DNA from: a virus
Lineage: Duplodnaviria; Caudoviricetes
Reading direction: 5' to 3' (one strand)
DNA length: 47,022 nt
Virus record (IMG/VR): IMGVR_UViG_3300031965_000052
Span: 1 to 47,022 of that record
Under the pieces are notes generated by a model. That model was not told where the DNA came from. It saw only the letters and a list, made by a program, of their open reading frames with translations, and made no database searches. The position numbers and the translations under genes are program-made. Positions 36,279-44,234 of the stretch are shown here, one piece after another (position 1 is the stretch's first letter; each line of letters begins with the position of its first letter).

Positions 36279-36917
36279 TCACTCCGCCGTTCCCGTCACC
36301 TTGTGCTTGTGCGCGCCCCCGTGGTCGGCCTTGTGCGCGCGGAAGTTCTTGACCACGCGCGCGAGTGCCAGCGCGGTCGTGTCCGCCTCCTTGGCTTCCT
36401 TGACGAGGTTCTTGAGGAACTTCTCCTGCTCGTCTGTGAATGCCATCTCGTACTCCTTCTTGTTGATGAACCTGCGCCAGTTGTCACCGGGGCAGGCTGT
36501 GGACGACACCGCAGAATGGGGCAGAATCTCCTTCGCTAAGGGTTTGCGGCTTGCCATGCGCGCGCGCACCCACTCGAACATCTCCCTGCGATTGGCCGTT
36601 ACCTTCGGGTTGGTCCCGATGAAGCACAGGGCCAGATGCGTGGTGTTCGCGTCCCCGTGCGCCTGCGACAGCGACCCGAACCCATGACCTTCGTACAGAT
36701 ACCCGTGGGGACAACCGAGCCACGAGTACGCAATGGTCTGGTATCCCTGCGCGATGTGGTAGTCCTGGACGGCGCGCACGGAACTGAGACAGGAGGAGTG
36801 CTTCGCGGGTTCAGCGGAGGCGGTGTGGTGGACGATGAAGCCTTTGATCTTGGACCCGATAGGCGTGGTGGGGCGCGCGATGACGCGGCCCCACTCGGAC
36901 GCCCGAACGAACTTCAT
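36279..36917 (-). CDS. Endolysin, N-acetylmuramoyl-L-alanine amidase (Amidase_2/PGRP-like)
   Basis: IVHHTAS, QDYH..GY.TIAY, YEGHG, AH, PH....TACPG zinc ligands; ATG at 36917. Confidence 0.92.
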   Translation of the reverse strand: MKFVRASEWGRVIARPTTPIGSKIKGFIVHHTASAEPAKHSSCLSSVRAVQDYHIAQGYQTIAYSWLGCPHGYLYEGHGFGSLSQAHGDANTTHLALCFIGTNPKVTANRREMFEWVRARMASRKPLAKEILPHSAVSSTACPGDNWRRFINKKEYEMAFTDEQEKFLKNLVKEAKEADTTALALARVVKNFRAHKADHGGAHKHKVTGTAE

Positions 36918-37003
36918 CAGAGTCTGTCGATCAGCTTGAACAGCAGCACAACGCACACGACCACGACGACCAGGGTGACGAGCGCGCCTGCCAGTCGGTT
37001 CAC
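36917..37003 (-). CDS. Single-helix membrane peptide (lysis cassette)
   Basis: MNRLAGALVTLVVVVVCVVLLFKLIDRL; GTGA and TGATG overlaps. Confidence 0.55.
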   Translation of the reverse strand: MNRLAGALVTLVVVVVCVVLLFKLIDRL

Positions 37004-37161
37004 CGACGCACCCACAACCCGCCGACGACGTGCGCGCCCGCCAGGAACGCAAGCCCAACTGCCGTCAGGGCGTGGTCATCGCCGACATCGAAGAACCCGA
37101 CGATGGCGAAGAACACCACGGCGACAATCGCCAGGATGGCACCGAGCGTAGTTCCGTTCAT
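37000..37161 (-). CDS. Putative holin (two transmembrane helices)
   Basis: MNGTTLGAILAIVAVVFFAIVGFFDVGDDHALTAVGLAFLAGAHVVGGLWVRR; RBS AAGGAGGAGG; upstream of the endolysin. Confidence 0.65.
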   Translation of the reverse strand: MNGTTLGAILAIVAVVFFAIVGFFDVGDDHALTAVGLAFLAGAHVVGGLWVRR

Positions 37162-37182
37162 TGTCCTCCTCCTTCTATCGGT

Positions 37183-37629
37183 TCACGGACATAACGGTTC
37201 CGGCACTTCGCACGGCGTCGGGCTTGGACTCGGACTAGGCTCGGGCGTAGGTGCGTCTTGACCGTCCTCACCGTCCTCGCCGGGATCGCCTTGATCGCCC
37301 TTGTCTCCCTTGATGGACTCGCCGTCCTGGCCGTCTCTACCGTCCCGACCATCCTTGCCGTCGCGTCCGTCACGGCCTGCTGGTCCCGACGGACCAACGG
37401 CTCCCAAGGGTCCGGGTGGTCCTTCGCGCACGAGTACCCCGAGTTCGGTCAGCAGCGTGTTGATCTCGCGTGGGCTGCGCGCTTCGACCAGTTGCGCGGC
37501 AACAGATTGCAGATGCGCGAGTTCGGCTGCTTGCTCGGTGGCAACGTCCCCCAGGTGGCGCACCTGGAGCAGCGCCCACGCGAAGGTCAGGATAGACACA
37601 ACGATCAGCGCGGCTCTTAGGAGCTTCAT
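37183..37629 (-). CDS. Membrane-anchored collagen-like protein
   Basis: N-terminal TM, G-X-Y repeats (GPPGPLG..GRDGRDGKDG..GDKGDQGDPGEDG), PS/PT tail. Confidence 0.85.
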   Translation of the reverse strand: MKLLRAALIVVSILTFAWALLQVRHLGDVATEQAAELAHLQSVAAQLVEARSPREINTLLTELGVLVREGPPGPLGAVGPSGPAGRDGRDGKDGRDGRDGQDGESIKGDKGDQGDPGEDGEDGQDAPTPEPSPSPSPTPCEVPEPLCP

Positions 37630-37988
37630 CGCTTCGCCTTGGCCTTCTTAGTCGCCTTGCGCGCGCGCCCTACACTCAGGTCCGCCGCCGTGAGGAGTTC
37701 TTTCAAGTCGGCGATCTCCTTGTGCATCTCGGTGATGCGCGCGTCTGCTCTGTCGGCGCGGTTGCGCTGTTCGGCTAGGTTGTTGTTCGCCAGGTCGTGC
37801 GTACTGACTCCCACGGCTGCGATCCCGTCCAGCTTGCTCGCCTGTGTGTCGCCTTGTTTGCGGAGCGCGTAGAGCTGCGTGATTATCAGAACCGCGATCG
37901 AGGTCAGCGAACCGATCAGCGCGATCCACACCGCGTTGACGCTGGGTGCGATCTCTTGGGCGACCACCGGGGCCTCCATGAGGGCCAT
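37626..37988 (-). CDS. Membrane protein with coiled coil (lysis cassette)
   Basis: TM VWIALIGSLTSIAVLIITQLY followed by a coiled coil. Confidence 0.7.
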   Translation of the reverse strand: MALMEAPVVAQEIAPSVNAVWIALIGSLTSIAVLIITQLYALRKQGDTQASKLDGIAAVGVSTHDLANNNLAEQRNRADRADARITEMHKEIADLKELLTAADLSVGRARKATKKAKAKR

Positions 37989-38012
37989 GCGCCCATCGTG
38001 TCCAGGCGGTCA

Positions 38013-38372
38013 CTACCCCTCTGGGGCTTCTTCCGGTCCCCAGGTTGCCTGCTTGCACAACTCTGTCAGTTGGTCGAACATCGCTTCGGCCGTGGGGGAG
38101 TGGTTGCGCGCGCGCAACCAGTCGATCAAGGCGCACATCTCCTCCTGGAGTTCCAGCAGGTCTGCGTCGGGGGACAGGGGTTCGTCGGGGCGATGACGTT
38201 CTTTGTCTCTTTGCCTTCTCTTGCGCTCGCGCCAGTTCTGTCTGCGCGCGCGGTCCCTCGTGTGGTCGTTGTCCACGTACTCCGCGTGTCGCTTCTCCTC
38301 CGCGCAGACCAAGCACAACCCCGTGTCCGGTAGGGGGTAGTTGCGCCCGCAGACGCAGAGGCGACGGGTCAA
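38013..38372 (-). CDS. Hypothetical zinc-binding basic protein
   Basis: CVC...CLVC then an Arg-rich helix. Confidence 0.55.
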   Translation of the reverse strand: MTRRLCVCGRNYPLPDTGLCLVCAEEKRHAEYVDNDHTRDRARRQNWRERKRRQRDKERHRPDEPLSPDADLLELQEEMCALIDWLRARNHSPTAEAMFDQLTELCKQATWGPEEAPEG

Positions 38373-38668
38373 GCCTCCCAGACCCCCGGAAGGGTTTCCT
38401 GTCGGGGTGGGTGGACCTCGACGATGGTGACGGGATCTGCGCGCCCGGTGTCAGGAGCGCAGGTCTGGACGTACACCAACCCTTCTCCGAAGGGCTTCAA
38501 GGCTGCCGCGGCTTCCACCTCGTAGTAGGCCGTGACCTTCAAGATGGTGCCCGCCTGGTAGGGCTTCTCGGGCGCGGGCAGTTCATGACCAAGGACGCGG
38601 AGCTTGTTGTCCGTGGCGGGGATGTAGAACCCCGTGAACGCGGGCTTGAGGTGCGCTACTGCTTCCAT
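38369..38668 (-). CDS. Hypothetical protein
   Basis: RBS AAGGAGG, 99 aa. Confidence 0.6.
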   Translation of the reverse strand: MEAVAHLKPAFTGFYIPATDNKLRVLGHELPAPEKPYQAGTILKVTAYYEVEAAAALKPFGEGLVYVQTCAPDTGRADPVTIVEVHPPRQETLPGVWEA

Positions 38669-38690
38669 GCTTCCTCCTTGGGTCGGTCAC

Positions 38691-39029
38691 TCATCTTGGG
38701 TTCCTCTCTAGGGCTGCGCGGAGGTCTACGGCGGACTCGATAATGTGTCTCTGCTCTCCCCCCGGCTCTTGACGCAGCATGGCAAACTGCGTTCTCAACG
38801 CTTCGATGTGAGAGAGGAGCGCGCGCGCCGCCTCCGTCAACTCGGCTACTCGTCGCTCGGCGTTCTCTAATTCGGCGAGGAGGGAGTCGGCGAGGGTGAG
38901 GGCTTCATCCACGTCGCTCATCAACGGCGACCAATGGGGCGGCACCTGGCTCTCGTGCCACTTCTTAGAGCGCAGGTTGTTCTTGTTGCGGATGCCTTCC
39001 AGCCGCGCGCGCACGTCCTGCTTACTCAT
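38691..39029 (-). CDS. Cassette protein with coiled coil (Ead/Ea22-like architecture)
   Basis: MSKQ...AERRVAELTEA...RAALERNPR. Confidence 0.7.
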   Translation of the reverse strand: MSKQDVRARLEGIRNKNNLRSKKWHESQVPPHWSPLMSDVDEALTLADSLLAELENAERRVAELTEAARALLSHIEALRTQFAMLRQEPGGEQRHIIESAVDLRAALERNPR

Positions 39030-39246
39030 CTTGGTTTCCTCCGAGGGTTCGCCGAGACAGGTCAACATCGAAGGGGGCATCCGTGAGTTCGGTGTGCGGT
39101 GCTGCACCCATCGAGCATCGGCGGCAAAGCAGGGTGAGATACCAGCGATCAGTCTCAAACTGGTCATGCGTGGAGCGTTCGACCTTCGCTTCCCGTCTGC
39201 ATCGCGCGCCCCGCTCGTCGAGACGCTGGCACCGCTGCTCACTCAT
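39022..39246 (-). CDS. Cassette protein, Cys-containing
   Basis: MSEQRCQR...CRRC...RRTLGGNQDE; bounded by junction repeats. Confidence 0.65.
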   Translation of the reverse strand: MSEQRCQRLDERGARCRREAKVERSTHDQFETDRWYLTLLCRRCSMGAAPHTELTDAPFDVDLSRRTLGGNQDE

Positions 39247-39346
39247 GGGTTCCTCTCAGGGGTTGCGCCGTTCGTTATGACTCACAGACGAGATAGGGAT
39301 TGGCGAATTTCACGTAGACATGGGTGCGTGTGTACGTGTTACTCAT
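39239..39346 (-). pseudogene. Truncated cassette gene
   Basis: MSNTYTRTHVYVKFANPYLVCES then a stop at 39275, just before the next, degenerate junction. Confidence 0.5.
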
Positions 39347-39644
39347 CTTGGGTTCCTTCCAGGGTTGCGCGGGCGAACTCTTGAACGCTAACGATGGCGA
39401 CGTAGTTGCCTGATTCGCCTTCGTCCTCGTACTGTTTGACGAGAGCGGGCGCGGCTCCATCCGCTAGTGTCCGCAGCGCGCGCTCCAACTCCGTTACTCG
39501 TTGCTCGGCGCGAGCATGGGCGTCTACGACGGCGCGTAGGTCAGACACCTGCACCGACGCACGGACGGTCACCCTCGTTTCAGCGTCAATGGCGTGATTC
39601 AATACCCGCCCTATCGCTTCTTGCAGCACGTCCTGCTCACTCAT
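39339..39644 (-). CDS. Cassette protein with coiled coil
   Basis: MSEQ...AEQRVTELERA...RATLEGTQDE. Confidence 0.7.
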   Translation of the reverse strand: MSEQDVLQEAIGRVLNHAIDAETRVTVRASVQVSDLRAVVDAHARAEQRVTELERALRTLADGAAPALVKQYEDEGESGNYVAIVSVQEFARATLEGTQDE

Positions 39645-40012
39645 CTTGGGTTCCTCTCCAGGGTTGCGCGGGCTGCGGTGCGCGCACTCTCCAGGGCGCA
39701 GCCGGGGCACCCCAAGGCGTGCAAGGCGCGCGATGTGGTCACGTTTCCCTCGTGCGCGAAGGCGTGGCCGGGATTCGCGCTTGTTTCCAGTAGAACCCCG
39801 AGCGCCTCCCTCAACTCCGCCACTCGTTGCTCGGCGGCTTCGGCGCGGTCGTTTTGACTCTTAGCGACGACGTAGTGCTCGTCGCGCAATATCACCGCCT
39901 CGTCCCTCTCCCGCCGCATCTGTTCGAGGGCGTCCGCGAGGCGGGTGACGATAGATAACAACGTGTATTTCCGCGCCTCTGCGATAAGGGCTAGAATCTC
40001 AGTGTCTCCCAT
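39641..40012 (-). CDS. Cassette protein with coiled coil spanning the segment A/B junction
   Basis: ADALEQMRRERDEA...AEQRVAELREA...RATLERNPR. Confidence 0.75.
   Translation of the reverse strand: MGDTEILALIAEARKYTLLSIVTRLADALEQMRRERDEAVILRDEHYVVAKSQNDRAEAAEQRVAELREALGVLLETSANPGHAFAHEGNVTTSRALHALGCPGCALESARTAARATLERNPR
39849..39938. repeat. 90-bp direct repeat, copy 2
   Basis: Matches 1-90 with 3 mismatches. Confidence 0.95.
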
Positions 40013-40173
40013 TTCATTCCCTCCTTCACGTAGATTAACACACCATACCGGGTCTCAGCACGCGGCCAATACTTGCCGTCCTCCCCCTGGATGTACTCCG
40101 GGGGCAGGTCGGTCCCGGCTATGACAAACTCCTGCCCGTCATACCGTCCTCCGAAGACACGGAGGTAGGTCAA
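39991..40173 (-). CDS. Small hypothetical protein
   Basis: MTYLRVFGGRYDGQEF..., with a GGxxDG motif; TTG start after an AGGAAGAG RBS. Confidence 0.55.
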   Translation of the reverse strand: MTYLRVFGGRYDGQEFVIAGTDLPPEYIQGEDGKYWPRAETRYGVLIYVKEGMKWETLRF

Positions 40174-40192
40174 GGGGTACTCTTCCTGCTGC

Positions 40193-41923
40193 CTAACCCT
40201 TTGCACTGACCCAGTCCTTTCCTACATGTGGGGTACAGTTGACCACCCAGGGTACCCGGATGTCTAGCTGGGTCTCCGCGTGTGTTACCGAATCCGCGAA
40301 CACCTGTACACACTGGTCGGCCTGGTCCTCGGGGACCTCGCAGACAATTTCGTCATGGACCTGCAACAGCATGGGTATGTTCAAGGAGTACATGTGGTTC
40401 ATCATGTACTTCATGATGTCAGCCACACTCCCTTGAATGACCGCGTTGATGGCCTGTCTCTCAGCCCGGTGACGCAGGCCCCAGTTGCTACTGTTGATGG
40501 CGGGCAGGTGGCGGATGCGCCCGCCGAGGGTGACCACATATTCGTTCCGGCGACAGTATGTCAGCACCCGTTCCTGCCATTCGTACACCGCAGGGAACTG
40601 GGCGCGGTGCTTGTCTAGCACCTCTTGGACAAAGGCCACGGACTGGTCAGGGGCATACTTCTCCTTCACTGTCTTAGCCTTAGCCAAGTAGTTGATGGAG
40701 AAGTTGATGTTCTTCGCTAGGTCCCTGTCCACTGACACCAGGTCAGCGGTGGTCTGGTGGATGTCCTCCCCATTCTCGAATACCCGGCACAGTTCAGGGT
40801 CGCGGGACACGTAGGCCAGCAGGCGGTACTCCACCTGGTCCAGGTCCCCGACCACCAGCACCTTGCCAGGGTCAGCAACGAAGAAGGACCTTAAGAGTCG
40901 TCCGTATTCTCCTCGTCGGGGGATGTTCTGGAGGTTGGGGGAGTTCGAGGAGAGTCTTCCGGTGACGGTTCCGGTGGAATTGAATCGTCCGTGAAGGCGT
41001 CCAGCAACACAGAAAGTCGGGAAGGTGACCAGGTAGGTGCCGTGAAGCTTATCGAGTTCTCTCCATCGTAGGAGCCTTCCCGCCACCGGGTCCAGTGGTC
41101 CAACCTGTTGTAGAGTCTCCTCATCCGTTCTTGCCTGGCCTCCGGCAGTCTTACCGGGCGGGCGCAGCCCTCTCCCTTGTCTTTCAACCTCGACAGTCTT
41201 AAACTTCTGCCGACCCGTGCTGTATTCTCCATCCTCCCTCCTCTCCGTGTCTACCCATGTGTCAGTGAACAAGACTTGCCCAACCTGCTTCGGGCTGTTG
41301 AGGTTGAACTCATACCCTACCTCCTTGAACAGTTCTTCCTTTAGTGCTGATGCCTCTACTTGCACCTGGTAGTCTGTCTCGGCCAGGCGCTGAAGGTCCA
41401 GCCGGACCCCGCGCTGTTCCTTCCCGAACAGGGCGCGGTCGAAGGGGACCTCAACCTTTAGGTACCAGTCCTGCAGGGGCTTGGGAAGCAGGGTCCAGAA
41501 GAAGGGGACCAACGCCTTGGTCGCCTCGGCGTCTGCCATACAGTACCGTAGGACCTCGTCCTGCGGCGCGTCCACGATGTGGGTCTTGTAGTCCCGCCAG
41601 TAGGTGACCCCTTCGCGTACCTTGATGGGGTCCTCTAGGCTATAGCCTAGGTACCGCTCGGTCAGGGGCTTAAGACCATGGGCCATTTCCTCTTGGTACA
41701 ACCAGGCCAGCATCAATGAGTCGTACTTCAAGGGGGCGGGGTATGCCCCCAACACCAGGTAGTCGTTCCTCCCACCATGGGTGGCTACCGTCGAAAGGCT
41801 GTTAAAGGTGGTGAGGGCTGTGTCCTTAGAGAACGTGGAAGCATGTCCGTCAGTGAAGCAGGCGAGGTAGTAGCCACAGCCACACTTGCACCACTCGCTA
41901 TCGAAGCCGACCAGGCTTTCCAT
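40193..41923 (-). CDS. polA: Family A DNA polymerase with 3'-5' exonuclease domain
   Basis: GFDSE (ExoI), YCMAD (ExoIII), TGRLSSNSPNLQNIP, motif A DLDQVEYRLLA, motif B RDLAKNINF, motif C VHDE; likely ATG at 41923. Confidence 0.95.
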   Translation of the reverse strand: MESLVGFDSEWCKCGCGYYLACFTDGHASTFSKDTALTTFNSLSTVATHGGRNDYLVLGAYPAPLKYDSLMLAWLYQEEMAHGLKPLTERYLGYSLEDPIKVREGVTYWRDYKTHIVDAPQDEVLRYCMADAEATKALVPFFWTLLPKPLQDWYLKVEVPFDRALFGKEQRGVRLDLQRLAETDYQVQVEASALKEELFKEVGYEFNLNSPKQVGQVLFTDTWVDTERREDGEYSTGRQKFKTVEVERQGRGLRPPGKTAGGQARTDEETLQQVGPLDPVAGRLLRWRELDKLHGTYLVTFPTFCVAGRLHGRFNSTGTVTGRLSSNSPNLQNIPRRGEYGRLLRSFFVADPGKVLVVGDLDQVEYRLLAYVSRDPELCRVFENGEDIHQTTADLVSVDRDLAKNINFSINYLAKAKTVKEKYAPDQSVAFVQEVLDKHRAQFPAVYEWQERVLTYCRRNEYVVTLGGRIRHLPAINSSNWGLRHRAERQAINAVIQGSVADIMKYMMNHMYSLNIPMLLQVHDEIVCEVPEDQADQCVQVFADSVTHAETQLDIRVPWVVNCTPHVGKDWVSAKG

Positions 41924-42120
41924 TCTTGCACCCCCTTCACAGTGACAACAGCATCCAATATGTTCAGCACGTAGAACCCATGCAGCCCTAACTCCCAGTT
42001 CACCCAGATGAACGCGGGGATGGTGGCGGCTTTCCACCACCAGCCGTCAGCCTTGAACTTCACCAGCCGGTAGTTCGCCCACACCCTCGCTATGCTTATC
42101 AAGATACTGGCTAACAGCAC
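41785..42120 (-). CDS. Small membrane protein (PnuC-fragment-like)
   Basis: Hydrophobic, Trp-rich GWWW...FIWVNW...G..EWK; 3' end overlaps the polymerase start. Confidence 0.4.
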   Translation of the reverse strand: MLLASILISIARVWANYRLVKFKADGWWWKAATIPAFIWVNWELGLHGFYVLNILDAVVTVKGVQEWKAWSASIASGASVAVATTSPASLTDMLPRSLRTQPSPPLTAFRR

Positions 42121-42262
42121 GCCCTAGCTCCTCTCTGGGGTACAACAGGTCCCACCTGTCCATCAGGTGGACTACCATGGCTAGTATGGTCTCTCTGTCC
42201 AGGGTCAGCGGGTCCGCATCTTTGACCCGCCGCACAACCTCGTTAACTCTCAGGGATGGCAA
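42047..42262 (-). CDS. Hypothetical protein
   Basis: 71 aa, RBS AAGGTAGG. Confidence 0.5.
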   Translation of the reverse strand: MPSLRVNEVVRRVKDADPLTLDRETILAMVVHLMDRWDLLYPREELGRAVSQYLDKHSEGVGELPAGEVQG

Positions 42263-42455
42263 CGCTACCTACCTTCCGAAAGATGCAGACGTGACGCCCG
42301 CTGTCGATAGTACGGGACAGGACGGCCACACCCTGTATGACCTCGGTCACGGTCCACTCCTTGCCGTCGATGTGAAAGACCCGACCCAGTAAGGAGTCGT
42401 TCGTAGAACTTGCGCCTCTCTTCTTCAAGGGCCATACTCCTTCGTAGTTGGTCAC
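42243..42455 (-). CDS. Hypothetical protein
   Basis: 70 aa in a packed operon; start uncertain. Confidence 0.45.
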   Translation of the reverse strand: MTNYEGVWPLKKRGASSTNDSLLGRVFHIDGKEWTVTEVIQGVAVLSRTIDSGRHVCIFRKVGSVAIPES

Positions 42456-42487
42456 GCAGGTAGCGGGTCAGGACAGCAGCAGCTGGG

Positions 42488-42856
42488 CTAGACCTTCCGG
42501 TAGACATAGACGGGAACCCCTGCCTCGGCGGCAATGGACACCATGTGCTTTGTACCCTTCGACTCTCGAAGGTCCTTGTCCACGAAGGCAACGACCAGGT
42601 CGGGCTTGCCCTCCTCTAGCATCTGACGGTTGCGCACGAAGCCAGCACCCCGACCGTGCTTCTTCCAGTTCGCCGGGAAGGCGAGGACCTCCGCGAACAC
42701 CCGCCGCCCCCATGCAGCGGCGAGGCTGTCTGCCCCGCGTGCCGCCCCCTGGATAATAACCGGGGGTCCGCCACCTCGGGCAACAAAGGGGGCTAGGTGT
42801 TCGATGAGGAACTTCTCATCTTTGAAGGTACGGGACCCGCACACCAACAGTCTCAT
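42488..42856 (-). CDS. SLOG-superfamily protein (DUF2493/YspA-like)
   Basis: LLVCGSR, IIQGAARGADSLA, FPANWKKHGRGAGFVRNRQML, SKGTKHM. Confidence 0.88.
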   Translation of the reverse strand: MRLLVCGSRTFKDEKFLIEHLAPFVARGGGPPVIIQGAARGADSLAAAWGRRVFAEVLAFPANWKKHGRGAGFVRNRQMLEEGKPDLVVAFVDKDLRESKGTKHMVSIAAEAGVPVYVYRKV

Positions 42857-43727
42857 CTGTCTCCTCCTCTACCATTCGCATTGACGGCTTCTTCCAGTAC
42901 ACCTTGACCCCCTCGAAGTGGGAGTCCCCATGCCGGTTCTTTAGTACCCCGACTCGGACCTCTCGTTCACGCGCCAGGCGCTCACCGGGGTCCATCTCAG
43001 GGTCAAGCCCAGGTCGCCAGACACCAAGGATGTAGTCGGCGTCAGCCTCGCCCCCATACATGGCATGTTCCATCATGACCGGGAGATGCCCGTGGTTGGT
43101 ACCGTTCTCCCCACGGTTCACTTGGTGAACCATGACCAGGGCAACACCGGCTGTCTTGGCGAACCCCTTCGCATCCTCCGCGAGTCGGGCCACACGCTCG
43201 GCCTCTCCTCGGGGGTAGCCATAGAGGGCCATAAGTTTGAGGTGGTCAACAACCACCATGGACATCGGTTGACCGAGGAGGTTGGAGGTCTCGTCCACCC
43301 AGTTACCCAGGTCGTCCCAGTTGGGGCGGGTGGAGTCGTCAATAGAGAGAGTCCTCAGCACGCTAGCCTCACCCAGCACAGCTGGGGAGTCGGGGTGGTC
43401 CCCGTTCTTGATGAGGGCTTCCTCCACCTGCCACACGGGCAGGCCCAGGTCTGCTGACAAGGCGCGCACTGTCATTTCCTCGCGCCCCATCTCTAGGCTG
43501 GCAAAGTTTACGGCGTGTCCTGTCTTTGCAGCATGAGTGGCAATAGCGGTAGCGACAGCGGTCTTCCCGACACCCGTTCTACCAAGCAGCAGGCACGTAT
43601 GGCCTGGTCGCAGGCCACCCCGAAGCAGGTTGTCAATAGTTGGGAAGCCAGTAGGTATGCGTGTGTTGTCGTCCCTAACGTAGTCACGGGCTTCTCCTAA
43701 CAGCTTGCCGAATAGTTGGACTTTCAT
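42816..43727 (-). CDS. dnaB: DnaB-like replicative helicase (C-terminal ATPase domain)
   Basis: IPTGFPTID, GRTGVGKT Walker A, SLEM, VVVDHL, HQVNR, LKNRHG. Confidence 0.93.
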   Translation of the reverse strand: MKVQLFGKLLGEARDYVRDDNTRIPTGFPTIDNLLRGGLRPGHTCLLLGRTGVGKTAVATAIATHAAKTGHAVNFASLEMGREEMTVRALSADLGLPVWQVEEALIKNGDHPDSPAVLGEASVLRTLSIDDSTRPNWDDLGNWVDETSNLLGQPMSMVVVDHLKLMALYGYPRGEAERVARLAEDAKGFAKTAGVALVMVHQVNRGENGTNHGHLPVMMEHAMYGGEADADYILGVWRPGLDPEMDPGERLAREREVRVGVLKNRHGDSHFEGVKVYWKKPSMRMVEEETDETVGVRVPYLQR

Positions 43728-43811
43728 GTCCCTCCTTCGGGCAACGGGGGGAGGGGAACACACCCCTTCTCCCCCCGCGCGCCCTGGTTGCACCGCAAGC
43801 GTTCCTGTTGT

Positions 43812-44234
43812 CTAACCGCTGAGGTACTCGGGCACCGTCGAAGACGACTGGGCACCGTTCATACCAGCCAGGAAGGCGGTAGCCGTCCGGTTGATGAACT
43901 GGTCGCGGGCCTTGTTGGCCAGCCACTCCACGTAGCTGGGGTCTACCGCGTAGACCTCAGCCAGAGACTTCCCCGCATGCTTGCGGTAGGTCTCCTTCAA
44001 CCGCAACGAACCTGGGTCGGCTGGCGTGCTGCTGCCCCCACTCGGGGTACTCGCAGTGCCACCGTCGCTGTCCTCGATGGAACACAGGTCCTCGAAGACC
44101 TGGCCCTTCACCGAGGAAAGCAGGTCCATCACAGACATCCCTTCTGGAACCTCATTCACACTGATGAGAGCCGACACCACCGTGGCGGCGACGTTCCAAG
44201 AGGTCTGACCGAGACTAGTCTTTCCAAAAGCCAT
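43812..44234 (-). CDS. Hypothetical protein with C-terminal KHxGK...DPSYVEWL domain
   Basis: Motif resembles the exonuclease-X C-terminal/DUF3820-like module. Confidence 0.6.
   Translation of the reverse strand: MAFGKTSLGQTSWNVAATVVSALISVNEVPEGMSVMDLLSSVKGQVFEDLCSIEDSDGGTASTPSGGSSTPADPGSLRLKETYRKHAGKSLAEVYAVDPSYVEWLANKARDQFINRTATAFLAGMNGAQSSSTVPEYLSG

Larger units (their letters stand above)
38688..39673 (-). repeat. Array of five ~30-bp gene-junction repeats (approximate consensus GCGCAACCCT-N2-3-AGGAACCCAAGATGAGT); sixth copy at 46893-46926
   Basis: Copies at about 38688-38720, 39022-39053, 39239-39270, 39339-39374 and 39638-39673; each holds the RBS and ATGAGT start, and all but the third also hold the upstream gene's stop. 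Confidence 0.92.
1..39937. mobile_element. Temperate tailed phage genome (segment A), podovirus-like, probable Actinomycetota host
   Basis: Terminase, portal, scaffold, capsid, tail, lysis, integrase and WhiB genes; positions 1-90 recur at 39849-39938, so the segment can close as a ~39.85-kb circle. Confidence 0.9.

Noticed and set aside
38688-39673. Junction repeats as a CRISPR array or integron attC array
   Set aside because: Spacing is 100-350 bp and irregular, the intervals are genes, and the repeats are degenerate and non-palindromic. There are no cas1/cas2 genes or attC-like R/L boxes.
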